DNA of 64,000 nt from an uncultured Gemmatimonadales bacterium. Its GTDB lineage: Bacteria; Gemmatimonadota; Gemmatimonadetes; Gemmatimonadales; GWC2-71-9. Each line of letters opens with the position of its first letter. The stretch's first letter is position 1. The notes beneath the pieces are model-generated. The model was given only the letters and a program-made list of their open reading frames with translations. It ran no database searches and had not been told where the DNA came from. The position numbers and the translations under genes were made by a program. Shown here piece by piece: positions 52,569 to 61,662 of the stretch. Where the stretch lies: positions 41,484 to 105,483 of the forward strand of contig CAWFPG010000019.1 of the NCBI GenBank assembly GCA_963817715.1, read 5' to 3'.

Positions 52569-53522
52569 TCAGTCGAAGAGCGCGCTCACCGACTGGTCGC
52601 TGTGCGTGTAGCCGATCGCCTTGGCCAGGAGGCCGGCGATCGAGAGTACCCGGAGCGCCGGAAAGTGGCGCTCGGGGGGCAGGGCGATCGTGTTGGTGAC
52701 CGCCACTTCAGTCACCGGAGCCGACGCGAGCCGCTCCACTGCCGGACCCGACAGCAGGGCGTGCGTCGCGCAGATGTAGACGTCGCGGGCGCCCAGGCGC
52801 TTCAGCGCATGGACCGCCTCGGCCATGGTGCCGCCGGTGTCGATCATGTCGTCGGGGATGATGCAGTTCTTCCCCGCCACGTCGCCCACCACGTGCAGTG
52901 CCTCGGCCTTGTTGGGGCCGCTGCGCCGCTTGTCGATGATCGCCAGAGTGCCGTTGAGCCGCTTGGCAAAGCCCCGCGCCATCTTGGCCGAGCCGACATC
53001 CGGCGCGACCACCACCACGTCCTCCAGCTTCTTCTGCCGGTAATGCTGCACGAACACCGGCGCCGCGTAGAGATGGTCCACCGGCAGGTCGAAGAACCCC
53101 TGCAACTGGTGCTGGTGGAAATCCATTGCCAGCACCCGGTCGGCCCCCGCTCCGGAGACCATGTTGGCCATCAACTTGGCCGAGATCGCCACCCGCGGCT
53201 GGTCCTTGCGGTCCTGGCGGGCATAGCCGAAGTAGGGGATCACCGCGGTGATCCGCGCCGCACTCGCCCGACGCGCCGCATCCATCAGCAACAGCAACTC
53301 AAGCAGGTTCTCGGCCGGGGGGTTGGTCGACTGGATGATGTAGACGTCCCGCCCCCGCACGTTCTCGTCGATCTTGACGAAGATCTCACCATCGGCGAAA
53401 CGCCGAAGCGTCACCCGGCAGAGCTCGGTGTCGAGCTGCTGGGCGATCTCCTCGGCGAGCGGTCGGTTGGCCGACCCGCTCATGAGGAGCATGGGCTTCG
53501 TCACGAGTGGCAGTTCCGTCAT
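52569..53522 (-). CDS. prs: Ribose-phosphate pyrophosphokinase
   Basis: FADGE, PYFGYARQDRK, APDVG, DKRR, DDMIDTGGT. Confidence 0.97.
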   Translation of the reverse strand: MTELPLVTKPMLLMSGSANRPLAEEIAQQLDTELCRVTLRRFADGEIFVKIDENVRGRDVYIIQSTNPPAENLLELLLLMDAARRASAARITAVIPYFGYARQDRKDQPRVAISAKLMANMVSGAGADRVLAMDFHQHQLQGFFDLPVDHLYAAPVFVQHYRQKKLEDVVVVAPDVGSAKMARGFAKRLNGTLAIIDKRRSGPNKAEALHVVGDVAGKNCIIPDDMIDTGGTMAEAVHALKRLGARDVYICATHALLSGPAVERLASAPVTEVAVTNTIALPPERHFPALRVLSIAGLLAKAIGYTHSDQSVSALFD

Positions 53523-53580
53523 GATGACAGCCCGAAAAGATACCGGACCGGAGCGGGCCCGGTCAACTCCGGAGGGGTGG

Positions 53581-53805
53581 TCAGGGTTCGGCGGCGAGTG
53601 AATCGCGGAGGGCGTTGTGGGCCCGGGCCGTGTCGGCTGCCCGGAGGGCGCCCCGGACCCCGGCGGCGCCGGGGAGGACGGTCGAGGCGCCGATCATGCT
53701 GTCGCGCTGGGCCCGGGTGGGCTGCTCGGCCGGTTGCTCGGGTTGGCCACCGCAGCTGGCAGCCAGGAGGGTGACGCACAAGAGCCGGACCAGGGCCCGG
53801 CTCAG
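53581..53805 (-). CDS. Small hypothetical lipoprotein
   Basis: Signal peptide SRALVRLLCVTLLAASC; the frame opens at CTG overlapping the upstream TGA. Confidence 0.55.
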   Translation of the reverse strand: MSRALVRLLCVTLLAASCGGQPEQPAEQPTRAQRDSMIGASTVLPGAAGVRGALRAADTARAHNALRDSLAAEP

Positions 53806-53981
53806 AATTCCCTCCGCTTCATCTCCTTGAACAGCTTCTGGGAGTCGTCCTTCTGCCCCTCCTCCTCGGGTCGCTTGGTCGCCTCGAGGGTGGGGTCGAT
53901 GAAGCGGGCCCGGCGCGATCGGTTGCTGGCCGACTGACCGGTGGTCTTGCGGATCAGCGCCTCGAGTTCCTTGTCCTTCAC
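53802..53981 (-). CDS. Small basic hypothetical protein (59 aa)
   Basis: GTG start, MKDKELEALIRK...QKLFKEMKRREF, strong GC3 codon bias. Confidence 0.6.
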   Translation of the reverse strand: MKDKELEALIRKTTGQSASNRSRRARFIDPTLEATKRPEEEGQKDDSQKLFKEMKRREF

Positions 53982-54003
53982 GCGGCGTCTCCGGTGGTGG
54001 GTG

Positions 54004-54073
54004 GGTGAATGGTAAAAGGTAAATGGTGAATGGGAAGGCGGCGCGCGCTCCCATTCACCATTCACTGTTCACG
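54004..54073. repeat. Inverted heptamer arrays (GGTGAAT family) around a GC hairpin
   Basis: GGTGAAT GGTAAAA GGTAAAT GGTGAAT, GGGA...TCCC core, then ATTCACC ATTCACT GTTCACG. Confidence 0.85.
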
Positions 54074-54109
54074 GTGTCCCGGCGCCGGTCCCGGACCGGC
54101 AGCCGTGCA

Positions 54110-54643
54110 TCAGGGAACCGCCTTCTCCACCTCGCCGATCGTCCACTGGGTGGTGCGGTCGGCGACCTTGGTCCGGACTGCGGCCACCATGTCGGGGGTC
54201 ACCGCCGAGGCAGAGTTGCCCCACGACGACCGCTCGTGGGTGACGATCGCCGCGATCTGCTCGTCGGAGAGCGACTCCCACGGCGCCATCACGCTGTTGA
54301 ACTCCTGGCCCTTGACCGTGACCGGGCCCTGGAGCCCCTTGAGCACGATGGCGATCATCCGGTCGGGCGACTGCATGTTGACGATGTCGGAGCCAGCCAG
54401 CGGCGGGAACGCCCCCGGCATGCCTTCGCCCGTCGGCTGATGGCAAACCGAGCAGGTGTTGGTGTACTCGGTCTCGCCGTTGATGCCTGCCTGCTGGGCC
54501 GGAGCCGGAGTCTCGGCGGCGGCGGCCATCCCGCCGGTGTCACCGCTGGCGGCCTCGCCGCCTTCCTTGGCACCGCCGCAGGCGATCAGGCCGAGGGCCA
54601 GCGCCGCGGTGAACGAACGGGAGACGAACTTCGAGGTCAACAT
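54110..54643 (-). CDS. Class I cytochrome c lipoprotein (c552-like)
   Basis: Lipobox LGLIAC, CSVCH heme motif, GAFPPLAGS, VMAPW (axial Met), WGN. Confidence 0.9.
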   Translation of the reverse strand: MLTSKFVSRSFTAALALGLIACGGAKEGGEAASGDTGGMAAAAETPAPAQQAGINGETEYTNTCSVCHQPTGEGMPGAFPPLAGSDIVNMQSPDRMIAIVLKGLQGPVTVKGQEFNSVMAPWESLSDEQIAAIVTHERSSWGNSASAVTPDMVAAVRTKVADRTTQWTIGEVEKAVP

Positions 54644-54790
54644 CGTTGGCTGCTCCTGGAATCGAGAGGTCACGAACGCCGGTCCGGTCGGGCATTTCCG
54701 ACGTCCGGCCATCCCTCTAAAAAAGCGGATGGGACCGACTTTCGCGAGGGGGTACCACCGACGGGAGGGAATGTTCCCCGTGAACTGCGA

Positions 54791-54861
54791 TTGCCCCGGG
54801 TGGACTCGAACCACCATAGCCGGATCCAAAGACCGGAGTCCTGCCATTGGACGACGGGGCA
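54791..54861 (-). tRNA. tRNA-Gln (TTG)
   Basis: TGCCCCG/CGGGGCA acceptor stem, D-arm TCCAATGGCAGGA, anticodon loop CTTTGGA, T-loop GTTCGAGT; CCA not encoded; canonical position after ispE. Confidence 0.95.
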
Positions 54862-54876
54862 GCATGACCAGCCCAG

Positions 54877-54882
54877 AATCTA
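54877..54882 (-). promoter_or_regulatory. Candidate -10 box (TAGATT) for tRNA-Gln
   Basis: 15 nt upstream of the tRNA 5' end. Confidence 0.45.
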
Positions 54883-54899
54883 GGCGAGGGGAGGCTGGG

Positions 54900-54945
54900 G
54901 AGAACGGAGCGACGGAACGACGGAGCACGGGGCGGGCCTCCGTCA
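54900..54945. repeat. Degenerate 7/8-mer array (GAGAACG family) pairing with the ispE stop region
   Basis: GAGAACG GAGCGACG GAACGACG GAGCACG; on the minus strand tGACGGAG overlapping the ispE stop pairs with CTCCGTC. Confidence 0.6.
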
Positions 54946-55800
54946 GCCATTGGTCGTGGCGATCAGCGTTCCGTGCTGGCGCCCGAGCTGGCTGGCGGCC
55001 GCGTCGCGGTCGCGTTGGCTGCGATAGACGGCGACGAGGGCACTCCCCGAGCCGGTCATCCGGCAGAGGAGCGGCCTGGTGCCGGCCAGCGCCTCGAAGG
55101 TGGCCTTGAGCGGCGGGTGTCGGCCGAAGATCGCCGCCTCGAAGTCGTTGCCGCTCAGCCGGGCGAGGTCGGCCCAGTCGCCGAGCAGTGACAGGTCGAG
55201 GGCCACGCTGCCGCGACCACTGGAGCCGGCCCGGATGGCATCGACCCAGCCGTAGGCCTGGGCCGTCGCCACCCGCTGCTCGGGGACAACCAGCAGGACC
55301 GGCCTCGTGGGGAGGGCCGGCAGCCGGAGCAGTCGGGTGCCGTGTCCCCACGCGAGGGCCAGCGGCGTGTCGGCCAGGAAGAACGGCACGTCGGCGCCGA
55401 GCCGGGCGGCGAGGTGGAAGAGCTCAGCGCGGGGGATGGCATTGTCGGCGAGCCGGTTGACGGCCAGCAGTGCCGCGGCGGCATCGCTGCTGCCGCCCCC
55501 GAGGCCGGCGCCAGCGGGGATCCGCTTGGTGAGTCGCATCGCCACCCCGAAGCGCCGCCCGGTTGCCGCCAGGGCCGCCTCGGCGGCTCGCCAGGCCAGG
55601 TTCTCCTCGACCGCTCCCACGTCGGCACCCTCGACGGCGAGCGTGATCCCCTCGGCGGTTCGTTCCACGACGAGTTCGTCGCCGAGGTCGAGGCGGCAGA
55701 AGAGCGTCTCGAGGCCGTGCATCCCATCGGCCTCGCGGGCCAGCACGCGCAGGAAGAGGTTGACCTTGGCGGGGCAGGTGAGGGTGAGCGGATCGCTCAC
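54943..55800 (-). CDS. ispE: 4-diphosphocytidyl-2-C-methyl-D-erythritol kinase
   Basis: PAKVNLFL, KRIPAGAGLGGGSSDAA, LGADVPFF, NDFE, MTGSGS. Confidence 0.96.
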   Translation of the reverse strand: MSDPLTLTCPAKVNLFLRVLAREADGMHGLETLFCRLDLGDELVVERTAEGITLAVEGADVGAVEENLAWRAAEAALAATGRRFGVAMRLTKRIPAGAGLGGGSSDAAAALLAVNRLADNAIPRAELFHLAARLGADVPFFLADTPLALAWGHGTRLLRLPALPTRPVLLVVPEQRVATAQAYGWVDAIRAGSSGRGSVALDLSLLGDWADLARLSGNDFEAAIFGRHPPLKATFEALAGTRPLLCRMTGSGSALVAVYRSQRDRDAAASQLGRQHGTLIATTNG

Positions 55801-56804
55801 GAGGCGGCCTCACGGGCGGCCCGAATCGAGAGGCCGGTGGTGACCAGCGACCAGGCACCCATCAGCGTGATCGGCACGAACGACATCACGTGGTAGGCGA
55901 TGGCGTACGCGAGTGCGACGTCGGCCGGCACGCCGAAGAAACTGCCGAGCGGGATGACGATCCCGGCCTCGAACACGCCGACGTAGCCGGGCGAGCTGGG
56001 CAGCGCGATGCCGATGACCAGCAGCCCCTGCATGATCAACGCTCCGGTGAACGGCACGCTGATACCGAAGGCGCGGAACGCAATCCAGAAGGCAGCGGCG
56101 TTGAGCAGCCAGAGCGCGAGTGACCACGCCGCCACCGGGAGCGCGCGCCGCGGGTCACGGAGGGCACCGAGGCCCGCCAGGAGTCGCGTGACAAGGTCGA
56201 CCACCCGGTCCCGCAGGCGACCGGCGGGCAGCAGGAGCTCGGTGGCACCCAGGGCGAGGCGGGGGCGCCAGGCGAGGATGGCCGCCACCACCAGTGCGAC
56301 GACCAGGGCGATCCCGATCAGGGTGGCCTTCGACGCGAGCGCACTGCCGGCCGGGAGATCGGTCAACAGGAAGCCAAGTCCCATCAACCCGAGGGTGACC
56401 AGTCCATCCAGTACCCGTTCGATGGCGAGGCTCGAGAGGGCACTCGAGAACGGCACGGGGCCGAGTCGCGAGACCACCCCCATGCGCAGCACCTCGCCGA
56501 GCCGGAACGGCAGCACATTGTTTCCGGCGAAGCCGATCGTGATCGCGTGATAGAGTGCCCGATCGGGTACCGCGCCCCCATCCTCGCGCCTGAGCAACAG
56601 GCGCCATCGCGGGACGCGCAGCGGGAAGGTGAGGGTCGCGAGCACCACGGCGACAAGCATCGGGACGATGTGCATCGCGGTGATCTGGTCCCACACGTCA
56701 CGGAACGGTGTCTTGCGAAACCCGAACCAGATCAGGATCGCCGAGATGGCGAGCCCGAGCAGCAACTGCAGCCAGCGCCGCCCGCCGCGCTCAGGCTGCG
56801 TCAC
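55797..56804 (-). CDS. Lysylphosphatidylglycerol synthase TM/UPF0104 flippase-like membrane protein
   Basis: RWRLLL, GNNVLPFRLGEVLR, ERVLDG, LPSSPGYVGVFE; GTG start at 56804. Confidence 0.85.
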   Translation of the reverse strand: MTQPERGGRRWLQLLLGLAISAILIWFGFRKTPFRDVWDQITAMHIVPMLVAVVLATLTFPLRVPRWRLLLRREDGGAVPDRALYHAITIGFAGNNVLPFRLGEVLRMGVVSRLGPVPFSSALSSLAIERVLDGLVTLGLMGLGFLLTDLPAGSALASKATLIGIALVVALVVAAILAWRPRLALGATELLLPAGRLRDRVVDLVTRLLAGLGALRDPRRALPVAAWSLALWLLNAAAFWIAFRAFGISVPFTGALIMQGLLVIGIALPSSPGYVGVFEAGIVIPLGSFFGVPADVALAYAIAYHVMSFVPITLMGAWSLVTTGLSIRAAREAAS

Positions 56805-58683
56805 GAGCCAGCGGCACGAGATCGAGCAGTTCGTCGAGCAGTGGTCGGAGTCGTTCCAGCGACACCGTCGGCTCGGCGAGGATCCCCGAGAGCTCGGCGT
56901 GCACCTCTTCGGCCCTGGCCACCGCCCGGTCGCCGCGATACAGCAGCTGGTCGATCGCCAGCGGTGGCTCACCGATCAGCGCATCGAGGGAGGGCGGCTC
57001 TGCAGCGCGCTCGTGCTCCAACTCGCTCCGGCGGGCGAAGCCCGACTCGAGACGGCCGGGTTCACCGGGCGCGATGTCGGGGATGGTGATCGTGTCATCC
57101 GGCGCGAGCGACTCGATCGGGACAATGGGGAGCGCCGACTCGAGCTCGTCGGAACCATCCCGATCGGGGGCCAAGCTCTCGATGCTGACGACGGTGAGTT
57201 CCTCCTCGATCGTGATGGTGGTCTCGATCGTGTCGGGTGCCAGGTCGGCAATGGCGACCACCGGCTCCGGATCGGGAGCGAAATCGTCGATCGATGGAGC
57301 GGCGTCGTCGATCGGGGCCGCTTCCGGTGCCAGCGCTTCGATCGCCACGATCGGGGTGCCGACGAGGTCCTGGTCCGGGACCTCGCTGTCGATCGTCTCG
57401 GGCTCTGCCGGGGGTGGTGCGGCGATCGCCGGACGAACGATCACCGCATCGGGGTCGAGGCGGTGCACGATGCGGTCGCGCTGCACGGCCAGCTCCCGGG
57501 CCTCGGGGTGGTCGCCCGCCTCGACGAGGAAGCGACCGGCCTCGCGAAGCAGTTCCAGGAAGCGGTCCGGCTCGCGGGCGGCGCGGCCGTGACCGATCGC
57601 CGCCGTGATCGCCGTGGCCAGCGGGGCGACAAACTGCCCGGTGCCGCTCTTGGGTGGCATGCTGGTCAGGGTGCGATGGAGCACGAAGAGGCGCAGGTCG
57701 CGGGCGACCGGCGAGCTGTGGCGCTCCAGCGAATCGGCCTGGAGCAGCAGGTGGTCGCCCACGCCGACCAGCTCGAGCGCCACCGGTGGTGCTGCCGGCA
57801 TCTGGCTCGGCGGCGTTCCGGCCTGAAGGATGGCTGGTTCCCCATCGGGGGCCAGGTCGTCGATCGCGACCACGTCGTGCTCGGCGGCGAACGATTCGAG
57901 CAACCGCTTGGCGATGGCATCGACTCCCGGCGGGACGACCACCCGACCATGGTCGGCGACCGACTTGGCCATCGCCGAGAGGGCGTCGGCGGCATCGGCG
58001 AAGACCGCCCCCACATCGGGCGGCGCCGGGATGTCGCCGAGCAGCGAGCGAGTGGTCATCTCCATCGCGTCGAGCAGCTCGGGGAGCGGCGAGAGCTCAC
58101 TCGACGCGCCGACACCGCGGAGCGAGCGCATCCGCTCGAGCACCGCCGCCAGCGCGGCCGGCGGATGGAGCGGAGCCAATGCCCGGGAGGCCTCGAGCAG
58201 CGACCCGGCAATCAGGCTCGATTCGCGGGCAATGAAGGCGCGAACCCCGGGACTGAGCGATGAAGCCGGCTGCAGCGGCCGATCGTCGTCCTCGCTCGGG
58301 GCGGCGGCGGGCTGGCCCGTGGCCACCCGCTCCAGTCGTTCGGCCAGGGTGAGCGCCTGCCGGTCGTCGGCGGCTTCCCACGATGTGGCGCGAGAGACCA
58401 GGCCCCGCAGGGTGTCGAGTCCCTCGCGCCAGGCGGCCCGGGCATGCGGTTCCCACCCGAGTGCGTGGTCGCGGACCTGACGGGCGACGCCCTCGAGCGC
58501 CGCCGCCGCCCGGGCGAAGGTGCCCAGGCCGGCCATCAGGGCCGCGCCGCGCAGCGCCCGCGCTCCGCGCACCAGGCGCTCGGGGTCGGGCATGTCGGCC
58601 CGCGCCGCGAGCGGCTGCAGCTCGGCGAGGTACTCCGTCGCCTCGAGGGCGAAGAACTCCGCGCGGCGGTTGGTCCCGTTCAC
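56791..58683 (-). CDS. Hypothetical protein with two Hpt-like helical domains lacking the phospho-His and a repeated I(E/D)xLAPD motif
   Basis: FFALEATEYL...ARALRGAALMAG and MRSLRG in place of H(T/S)LKG; 6-7 internal motif copies. Confidence 0.7.
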   Translation of the reverse strand: MNGTNRRAEFFALEATEYLAELQPLAARADMPDPERLVRGARALRGAALMAGLGTFARAAAALEGVARQVRDHALGWEPHARAAWREGLDTLRGLVSRATSWEAADDRQALTLAERLERVATGQPAAAPSEDDDRPLQPASSLSPGVRAFIARESSLIAGSLLEASRALAPLHPPAALAAVLERMRSLRGVGASSELSPLPELLDAMEMTTRSLLGDIPAPPDVGAVFADAADALSAMAKSVADHGRVVVPPGVDAIAKRLLESFAAEHDVVAIDDLAPDGEPAILQAGTPPSQMPAAPPVALELVGVGDHLLLQADSLERHSSPVARDLRLFVLHRTLTSMPPKSGTGQFVAPLATAITAAIGHGRAAREPDRFLELLREAGRFLVEAGDHPEARELAVQRDRIVHRLDPDAVIVRPAIAAPPPAEPETIDSEVPDQDLVGTPIVAIEALAPEAAPIDDAAPSIDDFAPDPEPVVAIADLAPDTIETTITIEEELTVVSIESLAPDRDGSDELESALPIVPIESLAPDDTITIPDIAPGEPGRLESGFARRSELEHERAAEPPSLDALIGEPPLAIDQLLYRGDRAVARAEEVHAELSGILAEPTVSLERLRPLLDELLDLVPLARDAA

Positions 58684-59396
58684 CGACGGGCCTCGTCGAT
58701 CACCCGGCGCATCTCGCGGGTGGCAGGGCCGATGCCGATGAAGATCGCGCGCGCGACCAGGGTGTGACCGATGTTGAGCTCCTCGATCTCGGGGATCCGG
58801 GCCACCGCAGCGACGTTTGCGACGGTGAGCCCATGGCCGGCATGCACGGCCAAGCCCAGGCCGGCGGCATGTGCCGCGGCCTGGCGGAGTTCGTCGAGGG
58901 CTGCGGGGCCCTCGGTCCAGGTCAGGGAGTATCGGCCGGTGTGGAGTTCCACCGCTGGCACGCCAAGACGATGGGCCTGGTCGATACTAGCTGGGTCAGG
59001 GTCGATGAAGAGGGAGAGATGGATCCCGGCGTCGCCGAGCCGGGCGATCGCCCGCTCCAGCCCGGCATCGGTCCGGGAGAGGTCGAGCCCGCCCTCGGTG
59101 GTCACCTCCTCGCGACTCTCGGGGACCAGGGTCGCCTGATAGGGCCGCAGCTCGGTGGCCAGGTCGACGATATCGTCGCGGGCGGCGAGCTCGAAGTTGC
59201 AGACCGTCGTCACCCCGGCCGCCAGAGCCCGGGCGTCGGCGTCCTGGACGTGTCGCCGATCCTCGCGGAGGTGGAAGGTGATGCCGTCGGCCCCGTGGGC
59301 CTCGGCCTCCCGGGCCGCGGCTGTCGGATCGGGTTCGTCGGTTCGGCGTGCCTGCCGCACCGTCGCGACATGATCGATGTTCACATAGAGTCGCAT
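58680..59396 (-). CDS. pdxJ: Pyridoxine 5'-phosphate synthase
   Basis: VNIDHVATVRQAR, HLREDRRH, TLVPE, TTEGG, ELHTG, AGHGL, ELNIGH. Confidence 0.97.
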   Translation of the reverse strand: MRLYVNIDHVATVRQARRTDEPDPTAAAREAEAHGADGITFHLREDRRHVQDADARALAAGVTTVCNFELAARDDIVDLATELRPYQATLVPESREEVTTEGGLDLSRTDAGLERAIARLGDAGIHLSLFIDPDPASIDQAHRLGVPAVELHTGRYSLTWTEGPAALDELRQAAAHAAGLGLAVHAGHGLTVANVAAVARIPEIEELNIGHTLVARAIFIGIGPATREMRRVIDEARR

Positions 59397-59461
59397 CGTT
59401 CGCGTCCCCGACTTGCCCATGGTTACGTTTCGCGTCGGACCGCCCCATATCGGAGGATCCC

Positions 59462-59941
59462 GTGTCCCAGTCCGTGTCGCGCCTCGCCCTGTTGGCGGTG
59501 GCCATTGTCAGCGTGTCGGCCGTGCCGCTCACGGCCCAGTCGAGCAACAAGGGTGCCGAGTCACCGTCAGCCGCCGTGGAGGAGTTTATGCGCGCGGCGG
59601 CGGACAGCAACCTCACCCGGATGGCCGAGCTCTTCGGCACCGAGAAGGGATCGGCCGAACAGACCGGCCACCCCAGTGACTATCCCAAGCGGATGGTCAT
59701 CATGCAGGCGGCGCTCCACGACGTGCTGGTCCGGGCCCAGGCCGAGACCGACATGGGGAAGAAGAACCACAGGCTGGTCACCGCCGAGATCGCCCGCGGC
59801 GGGTGCAAGGTCACCGTGCCGATCATCGCGGTGAAGGCGAAGACCGGCTGGCTGATCCGCGAGTTCGACCTGACGGCCGTCTGGGACGGGATCAACCGCC
59901 CCTGCGTGGGCACCGGCAAGGTCGGGAACACCGGGGGCTGA
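59462..59941 (+). CDS. Secreted hypothetical protein
   Basis: SD GGAGG, GTG start, signal peptide ending PLTAQ. Confidence 0.7.
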   Translation: MSQSVSRLALLAVAIVSVSAVPLTAQSSNKGAESPSAAVEEFMRAAADSNLTRMAELFGTEKGSAEQTGHPSDYPKRMVIMQAALHDVLVRAQAETDMGKKNHRLVTAEIARGGCKVTVPIIAVKAKTGWLIREFDLTAVWDGINRPCVGTGKVGNTGG

Positions 59942-59949
59942 CGAGGCGT

Positions 59950-60357
59950 TCAGCGATCGACGGCAGGGGACTCGGTCAACTCGATCAGGATCCCGTCGGT
60001 CGCCTTGGGATGGACGAAGGCGATCCGGCAGCCGCCCGCCCCGGTACGGGGTTGATCGTCGATGAGGGTGTAGCCTCCGGCCCGGCAGCGCGCCAACGCG
60101 GCGTCGAGGTCCGGCACCCGGTAGCAGACGTGGTGGATTCCCGGTCCGCGCCGTGCCAGGAACCTGGCAATCGGGGAGTCGGGCTCGGCGGGTTCGAGGA
60201 GTTCCACCTCGGAGCCGCCGAAATCGAGGTGAACGATCGTGGCGCCGTCGGCGGTCTCCGGACCGCGTACCGGCACACCCAGCACGTCGCGGTAGAACCG
60301 GAGCGCCGACTCGACGCTCTCGACCGCGACACCGATGTGAGCAATGGTCGGCTTCAT
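59950..60357 (-). CDS. mce: Methylmalonyl-CoA epimerase (VOC family)
   Basis: IAHIGVAV, VELLEP, IARFLARRGPGIHHVCY, FVHPK..GILIEL. Confidence 0.88.
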   Translation of the reverse strand: MKPTIAHIGVAVESVESALRFYRDVLGVPVRGPETADGATIVHLDFGGSEVELLEPAEPDSPIARFLARRGPGIHHVCYRVPDLDAALARCRAGGYTLIDDQPRTGAGGCRIAFVHPKATDGILIELTESPAVDR

Positions 60358-60399
60358 GGCCGGAATATCTAACCTGGTGGCACGAGGAGTGAAGAGACG

Positions 60400-60732
60400 A
60401 TGAGCGGACAAACGGTCGCGGTGACCGATGCGACATGGGCCAGCGAGATCGAGCAGGCCAAGGGGCTGGTGCTGGTGGACTTCTGGGCTGCCTGGTGCGG
60501 ACCGTGCCGAATCATCGCCCCCACCCTCGACGCCCTGGCGAGTGAGTACGCCGGCAAGGCCAAGATCGCCAAGCTCGACGTGGACGCGAACCAGCAGAGC
60601 GCCATGAAGTTCAACGTCCGCTCGATTCCGGCAGTGCTCTTCTTCAAGGACGGCAAGCACGTCGATTCCCTGATCGGCGCCTACCCACGCGCCGCGTTCG
60701 AGCAGAAGATCCAGCAGCATCTGGCGGCCTAG
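60400..60732 (+). CDS. trxA: Thioredoxin
   Basis: DFWAAWCGPC, FNVRSIP; SD GAGGAG. Confidence 0.96.
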   Translation: MSGQTVAVTDATWASEIEQAKGLVLVDFWAAWCGPCRIIAPTLDALASEYAGKAKIAKLDVDANQQSAMKFNVRSIPAVLFFKDGKHVDSLIGAYPRAAFEQKIQQHLAA

Positions 60733-60739
60733 GCCCCCT

Positions 60740-60814
60740 GAGAGCGGAGAGCGGAGAGCGGAGAACAGGGGCCACCCCGTTCACCGTGCTCTGTTCTCCG
60801 TTCTCCGTCCTCGG
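60740..60814. repeat. Inverted heptamer arrays (GAGAGCG/GAGAACG family)
   Basis: 3x GAGAGCG + GAGAACA, GGGG-cca-CCCC core, then TGCTCTG TTCTCCG TTCTCCG TCCTCGG. Confidence 0.88.
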
Positions 60815-60828
60815 GTTTTCTTTGGGGC

Positions 60829-61662
60829 ATGACCCCCGGCACCCTCTACGTCATCGGCACCCCCCTCGGCAACCTGGGCGATCTCTCGACCCGGGTGATC
60901 GAGACGCTTCGCACCGTGCCGGTGGTGGCGGCCGAGGACACCCGCCGCACCCGGGGCCTGCTGAGCGCGATCGACGCCCATCCCCAGCGGCTCCTCTCCT
61001 ATCACGCCCATTCGCGCCCCGACCGGCTGCGCCTCTTGGTCGAGACCCTGATCGAGGGCCGCGACGTGGCGCTGGTGACCGATGCCGGCACGCCGGGCGT
61101 GAGCGATCCCGGGGCTGCGCTGGTGGCCGAGGCGCGGCAGGCCGGGGCCACGGTGGTGCCGGTGCCCGGGCCGAGCGCCGTGGCGACGGCCCTTTCGGCC
61201 TCCGGGCTCCCGGCGGACCGCTACGTCTTTGCGGGCTTCCTGCCGCGGAAGGGGCGGGAGCGCGCGGCGGCCCTGTCGCAGGTGCTCACGTCGCCGGTGA
61301 CGGTCGTCCTGTTCGAGGCGGCCAACCGCTTGGCCGATCTGCTCGAGGAACTCGGTGAGACGGCCAGTGAGCGGCCGGCGGTGGTCTGCCGCGAACTCAC
61401 CAAGGTCCACGAGGAATGCCGCGATGGCACGCTGACCGACCTGGCCCGGCATTATCGCCAGCACCCGCCACTCGGCGAGGTGACCGTGGTGCTCGCCGGT
61501 GGGCCGCCGCCCGCTGCACCGGTGGTCGATCCCGCCGAGGTCGGGGCGGCGATTCGCACATGGCTCTCCGAGGGCGAATCCCGACGTGCCGTGGCCCGTA
61601 GGGTGAGCGCCGAATTCGGCCTTCCCCGCAACGAGGCATACCGGTTGGTGATGGACGCATGA
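60829..61662 (+). CDS. rsmI: 16S rRNA (cytidine1402-2'-O)-methyltransferase
   Basis: LYVIGTPLGNLGD, AEDTRRT, DAGTPGVSDPG, PGPSA, RELTKVHEE. Confidence 0.95.
   Translation: MTPGTLYVIGTPLGNLGDLSTRVIETLRTVPVVAAEDTRRTRGLLSAIDAHPQRLLSYHAHSRPDRLRLLVETLIEGRDVALVTDAGTPGVSDPGAALVAEARQAGATVVPVPGPSAVATALSASGLPADRYVFAGFLPRKGRERAAALSQVLTSPVTVVLFEAANRLADLLEELGETASERPAVVCRELTKVHEECRDGTLTDLARHYRQHPPLGEVTVVLAGGPPPAAPVVDPAEVGAAIRTWLSEGESRRAVARRVSAEFGLPRNEAYRLVMDA

Noticed and set aside
54110-54861. Integrative island at tRNA-Gln
   Set aside because: No integrase and no duplicated tRNA 3' end were found.
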